From the human T2T-CHM13v2.0 reference genome, Homo sapiens, in the NCBI RefSeq assembly GCF_009914755.1, contig NC_060940.1: a stretch of 64,000 nt of DNA; one strand, written 5' to 3'. Shown here one piece after another: positions 39,733 to 53,849 of this stretch. The position numbers and the translations under genes are program-made. Numbering within the stretch: position 1 is the first letter of the stretch; every line of letters starts with the position of its first letter. Below the pieces are notes generated by a model that worked only from the letters and a program-made list of their open reading frames with translations, made no database searches and was not told the DNA's origin.

Positions 39733-40045
39733 TCTTTTTTCTTTTTTTTTTTTTTTTTTTTTTTTGAGACAGAGTCTCACTCTGTCACTGGGGCTGGAGT
39801 GCAGTGGCGTGATCTCGACTCACTGCAACCTCTGCCTCCGGGTTCAAGCAATTCTTCTGCCTCAGCCTCCTGAGTAGCTGGGATTACAGGTGCCCGCCAC
39901 TATGCCCAGCTAATTTTTTGTGTTTTTAGTAGAGACGGGATTTCACCATGTAGACCAGGCTGGTCTCAAACTCCTGACCTCATGATCCACCTGCCTCGGC
40001 CTCCTAAAGTGCTGGGATTACAGGCGTGAGCCACCGCACCTGGCT
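39733..40045 (-). mobile_element. AluS (Sg/Sc-like)
   Basis: Full dimer with TSD gggccaaggcatt / gggccgaggcatt. Confidence 0.96.
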
Positions 40046-40055
40046 GGGCCGAGGC

Positions 40056-40057
<2 letters not shown>

Positions 40058-40086
<29 letters not shown>
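40058..40086. repeat. (TG)n microsatellite
   Basis: About 14 perfect TG units. Confidence 0.97.
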
Positions 40087-40088
<2 letters not shown>

Positions 40089-40249
40089 GTTTTTTCATGA
40101 ATTCAAAACATAGCCAAATGGTTTTGAATATATAGAATTTATATTTGCACTGCTGATAATAGCTTGTAATAAAGCTGTGGAACTATACTGTTTATTGTTG
40201 CCCCAACATGACAGTGCTGGTGAGGAGGAAACAAAGACTGGAGGATGTA

Positions 40250-40375
40250 ATCTACCCCATAGATGAGCTCCTTGAGGATATGGCTGCATGTTAATGTTCC
40301 AGCGCAGTGATTGGCACATAGGGGCTATAAAGAAATATCTGTTGAATGGATGAATGAATGAATGAATGAATGAGT
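40250..40375 (+). mobile_element. L2 3' end
   Basis: ttggcacatagggg...aaatatctgttgaatgga(tgaa)n. Confidence 0.82.
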
Positions 40376-40681
40376 GGAGACTCATGGAATTTAACTTGGA
40401 CAGGCAGGTTCTAACTGTTGCTGTAGGCCTAGGAATACCATGTTCAAAGTATGGAAGATTGGAGCATTGGTAAGAATGAGCTCTTGAATTCTAAGGCAGT
40501 GCTATCTCTAGTCTCTTTAGTGTTTTCTGCCAGGTTGGAAGAGTCTTTGCATGTCAAGCATATGTTTGCCTTCAAAAACAAAGGTGAAAGCTGGTTGGGA
40601 TTGCTTGCTTTTAGTGAAGACCAAGGCAAAGAACTCTATCTCCTGGGTACTCTCTGTAGATGGTGGGAAAAAGGAAGAGAA

Positions 40682-41067
40682 TGTATCAGGTAGCTTTTGC
40701 TCTGTGACAGACAACTACAAAACCTTGGTAGTATATTAACAAGCAGTGCTCACTGCCCATGCATATGGGCTCAGCCATCAGTTAGGTGGCTCTGCTGATC
40801 TTAGCTGAGCTTGTTCACGTATTTGAGGTGGGCTTTGCTCCGTGACTTTCCCATATTGTAGCAGTGTAGCTTGGGCATGTTTTTAGAGCGTTGGAGGAGG
40901 CATGAGAGACAAGCTCAATTCTACAGGTGATTTTCAAGCCTGTTCAGCAAGCAATCTACTGGCCAAACATCCCATGGCTGAGCCCATTGTCAAAGAGGGA
41001 GGGCACTGAATAGCTCCATGGCACAGGGGGGCGTGAAGAATCGGAACATTTTTTACAATCTATTACA
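40682..41067 (-). mobile_element. MLT1H/I-like solo LTR
   Basis: tgtatcaggtagcttttgc...ctctgctgatcttagctg...ttttcaagcc...caatctattaca. Confidence 0.75.
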
Positions 41068-41105
41068 GGAAGCCAAAGAAATAGCTAGTTTTTCTCTGTT
41101 TAAGA

Positions 41106-41339
41106 AGGGTTCACACACATTGCCTTTAAAAGGACAGATAGTAAATATTTTAGACTTTGGGGCCACGTACAGGCCCTGTTCTATATTCTTTTTTTACTTC
41201 TTTTCCTTTTCTTATTATCCTTTTTCTTTTAATAATCCTTTAAAAATGTAAAAAAACAGAGATATTCTTAGCTTCCATGCTGTATAAAAATAGACCGCAT
41301 GCCACATTTGGCCCGTGAGCCGTAGTTTGTTCATCCCTA
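41106..41339. mobile_element. MER58 (hAT-Charlie) MITE
   Basis: aaggacagatagtaaatattttagactttg...atttggcccgtgagccgtagtttg. Confidence 0.85.
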
Positions 41340-42349
41340 GTTTAAGAAGAAAAAACATCTTCATACTAATAATAATATAAAGTATTCTGTTGGCAAAAGA
41401 CATTTTGATACCTGTCATTTAATTGATCTTCATAGAAGCCTGATTGTTGAAGGTGGATATTTCTAATAGCTCCCCTTTCATATGGGGAGAGATGGGAACT
41501 TATGTGATGAAACTGGGATTCAGGCTGTAGTAGGGCCAGGGAGGGTCACTGATGATTACCTGAGGTTGCCCTGCCAAGGACAGCTGCTTGTGTCCTCTGC
41601 CTCTGAGAACTAAGCTTCCAGGAGGACCACCGGTAGTAGGGAGTGCATTCAGCTCCATCCTCCTGAGAACATACACTCTGCAAGTGGAGAGAAGCCATCT
41701 CATTATGTTAATTTCAACCCAGCCCAGACTGAGAGGAGGCTGATTTCAAGGGCACAGAAGGTGAGGCAGCCGATTCCCAGGTCCCATTTCCCTTGCTCCA
41801 CTTCATTAACGTGGCCACCCTTAATGCGTGTCATAACTCTGCCTTCCAGCAAGATTTCCTCTCCACTAAGAACCTTTTAGAAATGGTATTTAAGAGAATG
41901 TGCATAAAACAAGTCTTCATGGTGATTATGACATTTCTGCTGAACCAAAATGTAATCAGTACACACATTTTGCATCCTTACACTTAATCCACAAACATAG
42001 CTTTTACTGTTTTACCTTCTCCCACCCACAATCCAAACAGTGCCACAGAACAAACGTAACAGGATATTAAGATAATCTCTTTTGTCTATGCCAAATGTCA
42101 TTTAGCTGTTGAGAGAGGAATGTCCCATCTAGTTTTTACAAACAATAAATAATACAGCTTATGAAGGTCCACATGGGTGACACTGATGCAATGTTTCAAC
42201 AGTTTTCCGAAAAAGGAAAATAAAATGAGTCATCCAATTAGTTGGCTGGGCATTTGCCTGCAAGTTGCCAGAGAGCTTTGTTGATTTATCCCAACTTGGC
42301 TAAGATTGGCTTACTCTAGAAGTTCGCCTGTTACAGAAGTTTGGTCTTT

Positions 42350-42625
42350 ACTAGGGTGACACAAAGTATATTTTATGGATATTAGTTCATCAGGATGCTG
42401 AGAAGGGTTATAGCATCAAAGACAAATATGGCTGAACATATTGGGGATCATTTAGGTTAAAGAAATTTAAATGAATTTTTCCTGCGGGACTTCTCAGAGG
42501 CTTTAATCTGTGAATGTGCATACTGAATTTCCAAGAAGGGTTTAGAATGTGCAGCAGTTTCCAAATCTACTTGACCTGGGAACCCTTTTGTTCACAGGGC
42601 ATCCCATGAGAGAACACTTTAAAGA
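42350..42625. mobile_element. MER103-like DNA element
   Basis: ggacttctcagaggctttaat...aatgtgcat...tttccaaatctacttgacctgggaaccctttt. Confidence 0.72.
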
Positions 42626-42818
42626 ACAGACGATGAGAATCAGTACCATGCGTAAAACGTGACCAACGTTCTATGCAGAGGAGATTTTTGAAAGTATCCC
42701 CACCAGTGAAGAGTTACCGTGTATGTGTATAATGTACATAAGTGGACATTAGCTTGTATTTTCAAATAATAAAGTCAAACTTTATTATTAAGGAAGATAC
42801 AAGAATTAGGGCTAGTAA

Positions 42819-42850
42819 GTGTGTGTGTGTGTGTGTGTGTCTGTGTGTCT
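42819..42850. repeat. (TG)n microsatellite
   Basis: gtgtgt run. Confidence 0.95.
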
Positions 42851-43245
42851 TTCTATGTGTAAATGTCCATCCCCAGGGATTAAGAAGTCTGGATTTGGGT
42901 TAAACTTAATCATTTCTAAGAATCTGAGGTTTTCAGTCCTGTCCTAGAATTTCAAAAACAGTCAGAGAAAGCAACTGTGAGAAGATCACAGCTTCTCATC
43001 CTGTTTTGAGTCTCACCCTCCTCTTTGCCCTCACGAAGGATTTCAGTGATTACGTTCCTGACAGGATGCATTTTAATTGTTTTCTGGTATGACTTCCCAA
43101 TACATCAAGTTGTGTTTTCTATATAGCCGCTATCCCAAATGATTACTATTCAGAACACTAATCTGATCTCTAAATCTACAAAGAAAAGGCCATGTAATTT
43201 GCTTCTCTTTACAGTGCATTACGTGCACCATTGTAAGTGCTGGAA

Positions 43246-43271
43246 CCCGCCCCCCCCCCCCCCCCCGCCCC
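43246..43271. repeat. Poly(C) tract (C17 with flanking C runs)
   Basis: ccc g C17 g cccc. Confidence 0.95.
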
Positions 43272-43299
43272 GGGCATCTCCAAACTGCTGTCCTGTGGA

Positions 43300-44790
43300 T
43301 AGCCCCAGTTGCATGTGCTCAAAAGCAAACTTCTTATCTCCTCCATGAGTCAGTTCCTCTTCCTGTTTTTTTCTCTCATTGCAGCTAATGACATTACCAT
43401 CCCCTCAATGTCCAAAGTTAGAAACTTCTGAGTAATTTTTTATTTCTTTCTCTTCCTCACCTTCTACTAATATTAGCTGTTAAATCCTGTTGATGCTACC
43501 TCTGAAATATTTCTCAAATCCACATCTCCTTTCAACCTTGGGCATGGCCCTAGTTCAAGGTCCTATTTTTCTTAGATGGACCACGGGGTCCTTTTGCCAT
43601 GATCTCTTTTTCCATCCAACTTATAATTTTTCTACAACTTTGACTTCCATCCTGATTACTAAGACTTTTAACATTTCTGTGTGCTCCTTCTTCTCTGGGT
43701 GTTTGACATGCATTGTCATTCTGTCTTCTGATTGCAAGTGATAGAAACCTACTCCAGACTAGCTTTCAGGGAAAAGAAAGGAGGTGTTTAGTAGATTGCA
43801 CAACTGGCAAACCTGGAGTTGATTTAGCTTTCATGAAGGCTAGACCTTAGACTTGTCATCAGGAATATGTCCTATTTGCTTTTTCTGTCAGCAGTCCTTC
43901 CTTTTTTTTTGGCTGTGCTCTGTGATCACATGTCTCATTGTGGTGATAACGTGGCTTCCAGCAGCAATCCCAGACTCACAGCCCATCCTCAGCATTTCCA
44001 GTGGAGAGAAGTGTTCTCTCTTCCTAACACTTTCCATACAAATCTTAGAAATAAATTTTATTGGCTCTTAACATGTCACGTGCCCATCCTTCAACCATTT
44101 GCTATGAACAAGGGGACAGGATGCTCTGATTAGCCAGGACTTAGTCACCTCCCCTCTTCTGAAGACACAGAAGTTGGGACTTCATCTCTACCCAGCCACG
44201 TGGACTTAGAATACAGGATGGGTGGGTGCAGTTTCCCCGAGGAAATTGGAGGGCTGTTCTTGGAGCAAGGACATGAATAAGCGGCTTACAAAGAGCAAAT
44301 AATCGTTGCTTATGGCACTCAAGGTGTTCTGTCACCCCATCCAACTCACCTTTCCCACTTGGCCTTCTGTCCTTGAATGCGAAGAACCAGAGTCCCCTGC
44401 TCTAAATGGCTCCTTTTCTGTGTGTGCTGCGTGTTTGCTCTGCTGCTGAGATCCATGCTTTTCCCTTGCCTGAAACACCCTCTGTGGCTGTTGCAGATGT
44501 GTTCACTCTGTAAACGCAGCTCAAATGCCTTCCACCCCAAAAAGCCTCCTTAAACTTGCCCCTGCTCCTCTGTGTGAATAATTTTCACAGCACATGATCT
44601 ACACTTCCATCATGGTTCTTGAAATACATGAAATACCTAATCATAGGATAGGTTTCATATGATCCCACCTCCCCTGCTAGACACTGACAGTGTGACAGCA
44701 GGGCCCCTGTCTTGTTCGTCTCAGTGCTCCCCAGGGCCCACATGCAGTACCTTGTACACAGTGCAGGCACCATAAATACCTGTTGATTGA
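43300..44790 (+). mobile_element. L2 fragments flanking an MLT1K insertion
   Basis: L2 body (agttagaaacttctgagt...aaatcctgttgatgctacc) and terminal ctagacactg...cagggcccctgtcttgttc...ataaatacctgttga. Confidence 0.7.
43710..44305 (-). mobile_element. MLT1K-like solo LTR
   Basis: gattgcaagtgatagaaacctactcc...gtcacgtgcccatcct...ctctgattagccagg. Confidence 0.8.
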
Positions 44791-45419
44791 TTCTGGACTT
44801 GCCATTCATTAAGAGAAGTTAATGGAGGTTTTCTGATTCCCATCAGATGAACAATTTTGGAATGTTTTATCAGTCAAATTTCTAAGAATCAATAAAAGCT
44901 TCCATTTGGATTATTCTTTCCCCCACTCAAATTGTATTTTAAAAATAGTTTTATTGTAATTGTCCCCCTCAATTCTGACAATGTGTAAGCATTGCAGAAA
45001 ATTTGTGAATATAAAAGTATGAAGATGATCAAAAGCTTCTTCCTGACTGATGGCCATTGCATGTATGATTTCCTCTGCCTGGAACCCTGTGGCCCCCAGG
45101 GTTCAGCTCCCTGGTGCCTCATCAGGCACAGCTTAGTGTGAGCTTCACCTTTGTCTCTAGATCTTCCTGTGCATTTAGATTTTTAAAAAATCTGGTGTAT
45201 CCCCTCATTGGTTGGCTATGAAGTAAGCTCCCTGTGTGCAGGGACCTTTTTTTAGCTTGGTGAGGGTGTATCCTCTCCACTGCTGGAGCTGTGGTCAGCA
45301 CACAGCCAGTGAGTGCTCTACAAACACTTACAGCATCAGTTCATGAATGCTTGCAAACATGCAGAGGTTACCATTGCTTATACTTTTTTTTGTTTTGTTC
45401 CACTTATATAAACCACTTA

Positions 45420-45525
45420 TATATTCAGATATTTGTGTATATATGCATATATATGTATTTATGCACACATAAACATACTACACACACTGGATGTATACTA
45501 CACACACACACACACACACACACAA
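45420..45525. repeat. TA/CA-rich simple repeat
   Basis: (TA)-like runs followed by about 12 CA units. Confidence 0.85.
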
Positions 45526-45539
45526 TGTTATAAGGTGTA

Positions 45540-45957
45540 TGTAACACACTCAGGGCTGCCCCACAGCCTCTCAGTGCCCTACTTATGTTCCGTCCCCCCA
45601 CCATTCCTTCTGGCAGCTTCTCACTGTGAACCCTGAGATGTTCTGCCTGAGTGCTTGTTCTAGCTGCTGGAGCATGGCAGGCCAGAAGTGCTGGAGAACT
45701 CGTACCCCCAGGATCAGCTCTCAACCAGGGATGAATACAGATGGAGGATAAATTTCCCCACTCCCTTGCCCCTTTGGAGATGTATTCGACACCATTTCTC
45801 AGAGTCTCCAGGGAGAATGAGCTCCAGTAGCCCACAGTGGTACCTGGACTGATAATGCTTTACTGGCTTTCTTTTCATATCACTGCCTCCTGGAACCACC
45901 TCCTAAATAAGCTACTTACATTCGAGAACTAATTCCAATAATACGCTACTTAAGACA
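45540..45957 (+). mobile_element. LTR16C-like solo LTR
   Basis: gcatggcaggccagaagtgctgg...gagctccagtagcccacagtgg...cacctcctaaataagctact. Confidence 0.82.
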
Positions 45958-46704
45958 AGGGAGAATGGTAGAAACAGGTTTCTATACTTCACAAAAATGA
46001 GCTTTTGCTCTTCAGAAATCACAGCCAATAGATTGTGCCTTCTGGCTGCCCCCTCTGCTAATGCCCCCTCTTTGCCCCCTGAACAAGGGCACCCATGTAC
46101 AACAATGTGTATATACTTCCTTAGGAAGCTGGTCATTCAGAGCCCCGTCAGTGACACCTGCACTCAGAATGTAATCCTACCCAGCTTCGGGGGCTCCAGG
46201 AATTCCTGTGGCATCCGTGTTATAGACTCCTTTGCATTCAGCTTTGCTTTTATCTGTTTCCAATTTGTGTTTTCAAGGCTTCGGTTTTTCTCCTTTCTGC
46301 TTCATCTCCAGCCCCTCCTTTGCAACAGTACCAAATAAAAAAACCCATGACACTGCCACAGCTGAAAAAGCCTTTGAAAAAGGCAGGTGGCGTGGCTTGA
46401 ATGTTTCTAAACTCTAAAACTGCAAGCCACAGACAAATAAAGAAAGAGGTGGGGGTGGGCATGGGGGGTTGTAGTCTTGTGGAAGCAATCCTCAGCCTTC
46501 AGCAGGCTCTAGGGGCACACTGCCTCTAGCATGTTTTGAGCACGTTGATTTGGGCATCTGTCTTGCTGAATTTGAGTTTGAATTATGGATGTTACAGAAT
46601 GAATCATTAAGGCTGTGTCCACCCGGATTGCTCTGGCTCTCTGGCCTGTTCACAGTGCTGTTCAATTTTATGTAAGCATTACTTCAACATTTTTGGTGGA
46701 TGTT

Positions 46705-47000
46705 CTTCATTTATTCATTCATTCAGTATGCACTGATGGTGACTCTAAGTCTTGGGACTGCAAAGATGTCTGAGGCCCATTCTTTACTCCTCCACATCTC
46801 AAGACCTAAGGGAGATAGACAGGCAAATCAATAACCACAGTGCCTTGCTATTGGTGCTGTCCAAGGTGGGTGCTGTGAAGAAGTGCTTAAGGGCAAGTGC
46901 TGCAGAGGCAGGCACACCTGGGGTCCTTTTCCTGGCCTGGGGGGTCCAGGAAGGTTTCCCAGAGGAAGAAGCAGGGCTCAGTCATCAAGAGCTAAGGATA
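46705..47000 (-). mobile_element. L2 3' fragment
   Basis: cattcattcag...ggggtccaggaaggtttcccagagga. Confidence 0.65.
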
Positions 47001-47049
47001 TGCCGTCAAATAGCCCTGGCTTATTAGAATCTGCTTTGCACTAAGCCTC

Positions 47050-47205
47050 CTGAATACTTAATTTCCCCAAGCCTCAGTTTCCTGGTCTGCTAAGTGGCCA
47101 GAATAATATTTACATCGTGGATTTGTATGAAATAAATAGGATAATGCATGAACCATGCTTAGCGTGAGCCATAACACGCAAAAGCAACATAATCAGTGTT
47201 TGTTA
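47050..47205 (+). mobile_element. MIR fragment
   Basis: acttaatttccccaagcctcagtttcct...ataatgcatgaa..gcttagc. Confidence 0.75.
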
Positions 47206-48284
47206 ATTTTAACAAATCAAGCCCGGGATATTGACAGACACCTAAGGCAGACTTGGGAGACAATGTCTCTTGCTGCTGCCTCATGAGGAAGGTGAATGAC
47301 CATGCATTGCCACTGGACGGGAAAATAAACGGTTTCTTCTTTTTATTCTTGTAGACACCAGTGAGGCCTACCATATACCTATGTCAAAACCTGCAATTTA
47401 TCAAAAATAAAGCCCGAGATAGTAACAGTCTTGCTGACCACAAAGGCAAAAGGATCCAGGTAAACAGATTGCTTCCAGGACTATTATTTCATGATGAGCT
47501 TTCAGGTATATAGCACATGAGAGGGAGGACAAGGTGCGGCTGCACTTCAAGAGACCACGTTGGACAGGTGAGATGTCCAATATATTCTTACTTAAGATCT
47601 GATTTCTTCTCCTTCTCTCCAGCAAGGGATGCCCAGAGATATAACAATTAGAATTCAATACGCTAATACAGTGTCTCATTAGCCAAGCCACACAATCGCC
47701 TCTAGTGGTCCATATGCACGACAACCCGGGATCCTAGAAATTAGCTCGGCTTCCTGCATCCGTCCCCATCTGAATCTTTACTCAACTACTTTTTGATTGT
47801 GAAGAGCCAAGCTCATTTGAGCAGTAGGAATTTCATGGGGCTGGTGATCCCAAGACTAATTCAAAAATTAATAAGTTTCCCATTCCTTTTCTTATTTATT
47901 TTTTTGGTAGGGACACATTTCACCACACACGCCTGCTTCTTTCTTGCCAGTATTTCATTCAAAACTAGTCCTCAAGTTTTGAAATTTTAGAGACTTAAAA
48001 AAAATCAATAATGCTTTAAGAAGATTAAGAGGCTGTGCTTATGTCAGCCTTAGACAATTCTGGAGAGAAGATAGACTTGATTGTGCTTCTCATTTTGTTT
48101 ATGATCCTGCAATGTATCACGCATTCTCTGCCAAGTGAATTCTGACTGCATGAAGAAGGGGTAGATGCTTTTACAACAGGTTTAGTCATCTGGCATATTA
48201 TTTAATACAATCAGTGGTGTTTTCCTTCGTGAGATGCAGCCTTATATACAGGCTAGGTGTTAAGTTTATACCCAGGTTATCTAC

Positions 48285-48480
48285 CCTTCCCCCTCCTGTC
48301 CTCTCTCCCACCCTGTTTTTATTCTGTCTTCCCTCCCTTCTTCCCTTCTTCCTTATTCTCTCTCTTCCTCCCTTTCTTCTTCATCTTCCTGTCTTCCTCA
48401 CTCCTCCCTTCTCTCCTCCCCATCTTCTTTCCCTTTCTTTCCGCCTCCCTTCTCCCTTTTTCGCTCCCTCTTTCCCTTCA
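48285..48480. repeat. CT-rich polypyrimidine low-complexity tract
   Basis: About 195 bp that are almost all C/T on the + strand, adjoining an L2 tail (aaacatttattcaaacc, - strand). Confidence 0.9.
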
Positions 48481-48676
48481 CAAACATTTATTCAAACCCT
48501 ATTATATACCAGGCACGATGCAAGGCACTGGAAATACACTGAACAGGGCAGATGTGGTTCCCGTTACATGATGAGTAACACAGGTGATAAATAAACAGTT
48601 AACAAGATAAGAAAAATGGCCAGCGAGTATTTGGAAGAAATAGACAAGTGATAGGGAATGGCTTTGGGGAGAATTA

Positions 48677-49153
<477 letters not shown>

Positions 49154-50094
49154 TCAGTGAATTAGGTATATGTGCCTGCCACATTTTCCAAACCAATGTT
49201 TTTACGAATATTCTAGTTTAGCCCTCTCTTCTAGAGTTATAAAATTATTCTGCCTTCAGTTCTACATTTAGGGAGTCCTCTTTTAAGGAAAGGAAAAGGA
49301 TAGTTAAATCAGGGGCTGTCACAGAAGCCTCAGATTGGAGGACAAGGCGTGGACCATCCCCCGTTTGGCGGGAAAATAGCTTTAGTCACAGGCAGGTTGT
49401 TTTGCTTCCTAAAGCGTAAAGTTGGAAATGTGATAATTTCGTCAAGTAGTTGATTTAGTTGTATCAAGCTTAACTAATTAACACCAATTCCATGCTTGAT
49501 TCTTTTCTCCATTAACTGAACAAAAGCCATTGCTAATGAGGCTATGTATACAAAGCCAGCTGACTCATTTTGTTATGGAGATTTCAAAGAGAAGGGAGTT
49601 GTAAACATTTGTAGGGAAGAGATAGGGGTAGACATGATCTTACACATATTTAACAACAGGTGCAATACAGGCACTGGCCAATGAGAATGAGCAGGGGTAT
49701 AATGGTGCCACCAGCACATACAGAAGGAGTAAGAAGTATCCTCAAGGCACGGAGAGATGATAGGGTGCAGGGCCTTTGCACTGGGCTTATTCACAGGCAA
49801 AATATTTTTCCTTATTTTAAAGAAATGGAAAGAAGTCTTCCTAGAAGCCAGGGTCTGTGATAGATGACAGAGTGACCATAGCACTCAGGGGTGCAGAGGG
49901 TGTGTGGATTCTGATGACAGATTGCCTGTCTGATTTTGCAGAATTAGCTCCAACATGGTTTTGGTAACACCCGTTGCCCTCTTTAAGCTTGATGTCTCTG
50001 TTTTCATGTAATTTGCACAAAGTAGGCACTCACTAAATATTTGTAGGTGAAGACGTGTATCTCAGCACAAAGCAGCCTCTTGGACTACCATCTG

Positions 50095-51050
50095 TGTGGT
50101 ATTCAAGGTTCTTTTGGTTTCAGAGAAGAGGAACACAGTAAAATTTACCCAAAGAAAGGAGCATATGTGTCGGTTAGGGAAAGACCAAGCTTCCATAACA
50201 AAGAGACTCCCAAATCCAATGGCTTGATAAGATGAGCCTTTATGTCATGTTTTGGTCCCTTGGTGAGAGGCACCGACTGGCAGGCTGGCTTTGCCCTGTG
50301 TAATCATTCCATCTTTTTCCTTCCAGCTGTTGCTCAGACGTCACCTTGGGCATGGTCCTTGTCTGCATGGTTGAAGGTGGCTCATGTGTATGTCTGCTTT
50401 TCAGTGCACGCATGGAGGCAAACATCTGTCTTTTACATTAGAGATGACTCCAATGTTGCTTACATCACACTGTTCGCATCCCATTTGCTCAAATGTGGTC
50501 ATATGCCACATACAGCTGTGAGTGACGCTGCGAAATCTAGCTGGCTGGCTTTGTGGCATGGCTTGCATTCTTCTGCTGTGGGAGAGAAGGAGGAGAGAAT
50601 GGGTTTTAGTGGACCCACAGGGAGTTACTATAAAAGTGCAAATAGGGCATAAGGGGATGCAAGAAACACTGAACAACCAGGCATCAGAGTGCAGGAGCCT
50701 ATGGAGTTCAGATGAGAGCTCTCCTTCGTGCTTCTCTAGCTCTCACTCTCCATCTCTCACACTTTCTCTTTTTCTGTGTGAAGACTCCACTGTCTCTGTC
50801 TCTCCACCAGCTTCCTCTGATGTCCTATCTTGGATCTGGCCCCAGATAGTATCCTCTACTTTCTTGACCTTGGGTTTTCCAAAGCCAACTGGTATCTTCT
50901 TACTTGTCTCTTGATTCTAATTTATCTAAAGGGAAGATCTGATTCGCCCAGCTCAAGATAGTCAGGGTCTAAAACACCATGACCACTCTAAAAAGAGGGG
51001 ACTCCGAGTCAGCTGTCTGCGCTTATCCAATCAGATGACGCTGGGCAAAT
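50095..51050 (-). mobile_element. Old MLT1 (L/M/N-like) LTR with a nested MLT1J-like LTR at about 50166-50615
   Basis: attcaaggttcttttggtttcag and gggaagatctgattcgcccagctc...ccaatcag flank an MLT1J body (cacatacagctg...gctgcgaaatctag). Confidence 0.7.
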
Positions 51051-51729
51051 GGAGAAGCTGTCAGTTTTCTGAGACACCCCTCCCCAGACTGACCCAAACA
51101 CAACTTGCACAGTGTGAATATCAGAGTACTATGTGAGAAAGTACTCTGTGGAGCTGACCAGCATCAGAAATTCTGCTAGGGCTCTCTTATAAATTGATAA
51201 CTTGTTTCTCAGTCTTTTATACATTTGGCAACCGTGAATCTATTCTTTAGAACCAGAAGAGTCCTGAGTGATGAGTTCATAGATTAGAGATTCTCATACT
51301 TCACAGTTGAGAAGTGGGGACAGGCCCAAGGGTAAGAATCAGAGTGAGCTGCCAGTTACATCGCTGGTCAGCTCCTCTTTCACTGCAGTAGATACAATGA
51401 ACATAACAATGGATATAAGCTCCAATTCTATCCAGTTTTCCACGAATGAAGATGAGTCTTTGAATACGCCCTTAGCAGTTCTCAAAAACCAATCAGCAGA
51501 ACAAGTCTGGCCAGCTCCCACTTTACATGGACATTATCATCAAAAGCTATTTTAATCCCAGGAACCAAGAAAAAGAAAAAAATTCTGAACTTGCAATTTT
51601 TTTCTGTTTTCTGTTTCATGCCACAGGAATAATTTTTAAGAAATTCTTTAAAATAGACCCAATTCTATGTCTTATTTAAAGCAACAGATATGAAGCAGTC
51701 TGTGTAGCAGACAAATTTAATGGTTCCAA

Positions 51730-51960
51730 TCAGGGGCTTGGAATTAGACTGCCTAATTTTAAATTCTAGCTCCATGCTTGCAAGGGATGTAACTCTAGGC
51801 TGGTTACTCAGTCTCTCTGATGTTTCTGTTACTTCATCTGAAAGTGTGGATAACACTAATAGGTACCTTGCGAGGCTGTGGACAATAAATGAGATAATTC
51901 ATGTCAAGTATTTGGCCCAGCGACTGCGACATAGCAAGTGTTGGCTGAAGATAATTATTA
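51730..51960 (+). mobile_element. MIR
   Basis: ggcttggaattagactgcct...ttactcagtctctctg...catctgaaa...aaatgagataattcatgtcaagt. Confidence 0.85.
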
Positions 51961-51964
51961 GGAC

Positions 51965-52200
51965 TTCACATGAGCGTTGTTGGAGGAGCTTAGCTTGTTT
52001 AACCTGGAATAGAAAAGATATGGTAAAGAGGATGCAGGAGCTTCCATTTAGTATCTACAGGGTGGGCCATCCTGTTTCCTGTGGCAGAGAGAGAAGAGGT
52101 AGAACCAATAGGGAAGAAATCATAGGCAGACAGATTTCAGATCAACAAAGAAAGGCAAAACAGATAGAGCTGTCCAAAGAAGGAATGGGTTTGAAAGAAA
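51965..52200 (+). mobile_element. L3/CR1 3' fragment
   Basis: tggaggagcttagcttgtttaacctggaatagaaaaga...ggcagacagatttcagatcaac...tagagctgtccaaag matches the CR1 ORF2 end (ELGLFSLEKRR-like). Confidence 0.75.
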
Positions 52201-52334
52201 TAAAGCCCCAGAAGGGCTCTAGATGAGGATGTGAGGTTGGATAAGCTACATAAGGGATGTCCCAAAGTCAGACCATCTTCTGGGCTTGATAGCATGGGTT
52301 AGGATGGGCTGACAAAGACTGCCTTAAATAAAAG

Positions 52335-53155
<821 letters not shown>

Positions 53156-53849
53156 TTCAGAATCAAACAGCCCATTATAAGCATATATGAAAGAACAGTT
53201 TGATTTGGCATATTTTATAAACTGTCACCTGATTTTTTTTTTACCCCAACATTAAAAAAAAAAGCTAGTGCATAAACAAGGTGCAGAAAGAAGCTAGTCA
53301 TCCATTCATCTCTTCTTGTGCCAGTGTTACAATATCTAGTAGCTGAAAGTCTGGGCCAGTCATTTGCCCGGACCGCATTATGTCTGAATACCTCCTGGCA
53401 GTTTCTACGTCTTTCTCAGGGCTTCTAAATAGGAATGAACATGAAAGGGCCGCGTGGCAGTGACCGCAGTGTGGAGGTTCTAGTAATGACTATGAGGGAC
53501 ACACAGTTTTCAAGGAGATCTAACAGTGTTTATGAAAGATTCTGTTTCATCTCACCAGTGAAGAGCCCTTCATCATCTACCATTCTCTTAAGGATAGAGT
53601 CTTAGAATCTCCAGTGATCCTGCAGGACCCTCATCCCGTGGTTTTAAACCTGTGTTCTCCAGAGGTCTAGCATTGAGCGGTGGCACTTGGGATTCTGGAA
53701 TGGGGAGGATGCAAGAGGAACACAGTGAAGTAAACAGCTTGGACTCTGGCCCTTCAAGCATACTTCATCCACTTTCATCTGTTTTAGGCATGTGGGTTCA
53801 AGAGGTGATGCCACTTGAAAAAAGATTAGAGGGTTCTGAAAAAATCAGG

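Noticed and set aside
47695-47712. Second CTCF-like site (gaccactagaggcgat on the minus strand); similar partial matches near 24715, 28245 and 60715
   Set aside because: Core spacing or key bases deviate from consensus, so they cannot be supported without ChIP data.
51720-52226. Longest ORF in the track (168 aa)
   Set aside because: It runs through MIR and L3 fossils with no recognisable domain. A chance open frame.
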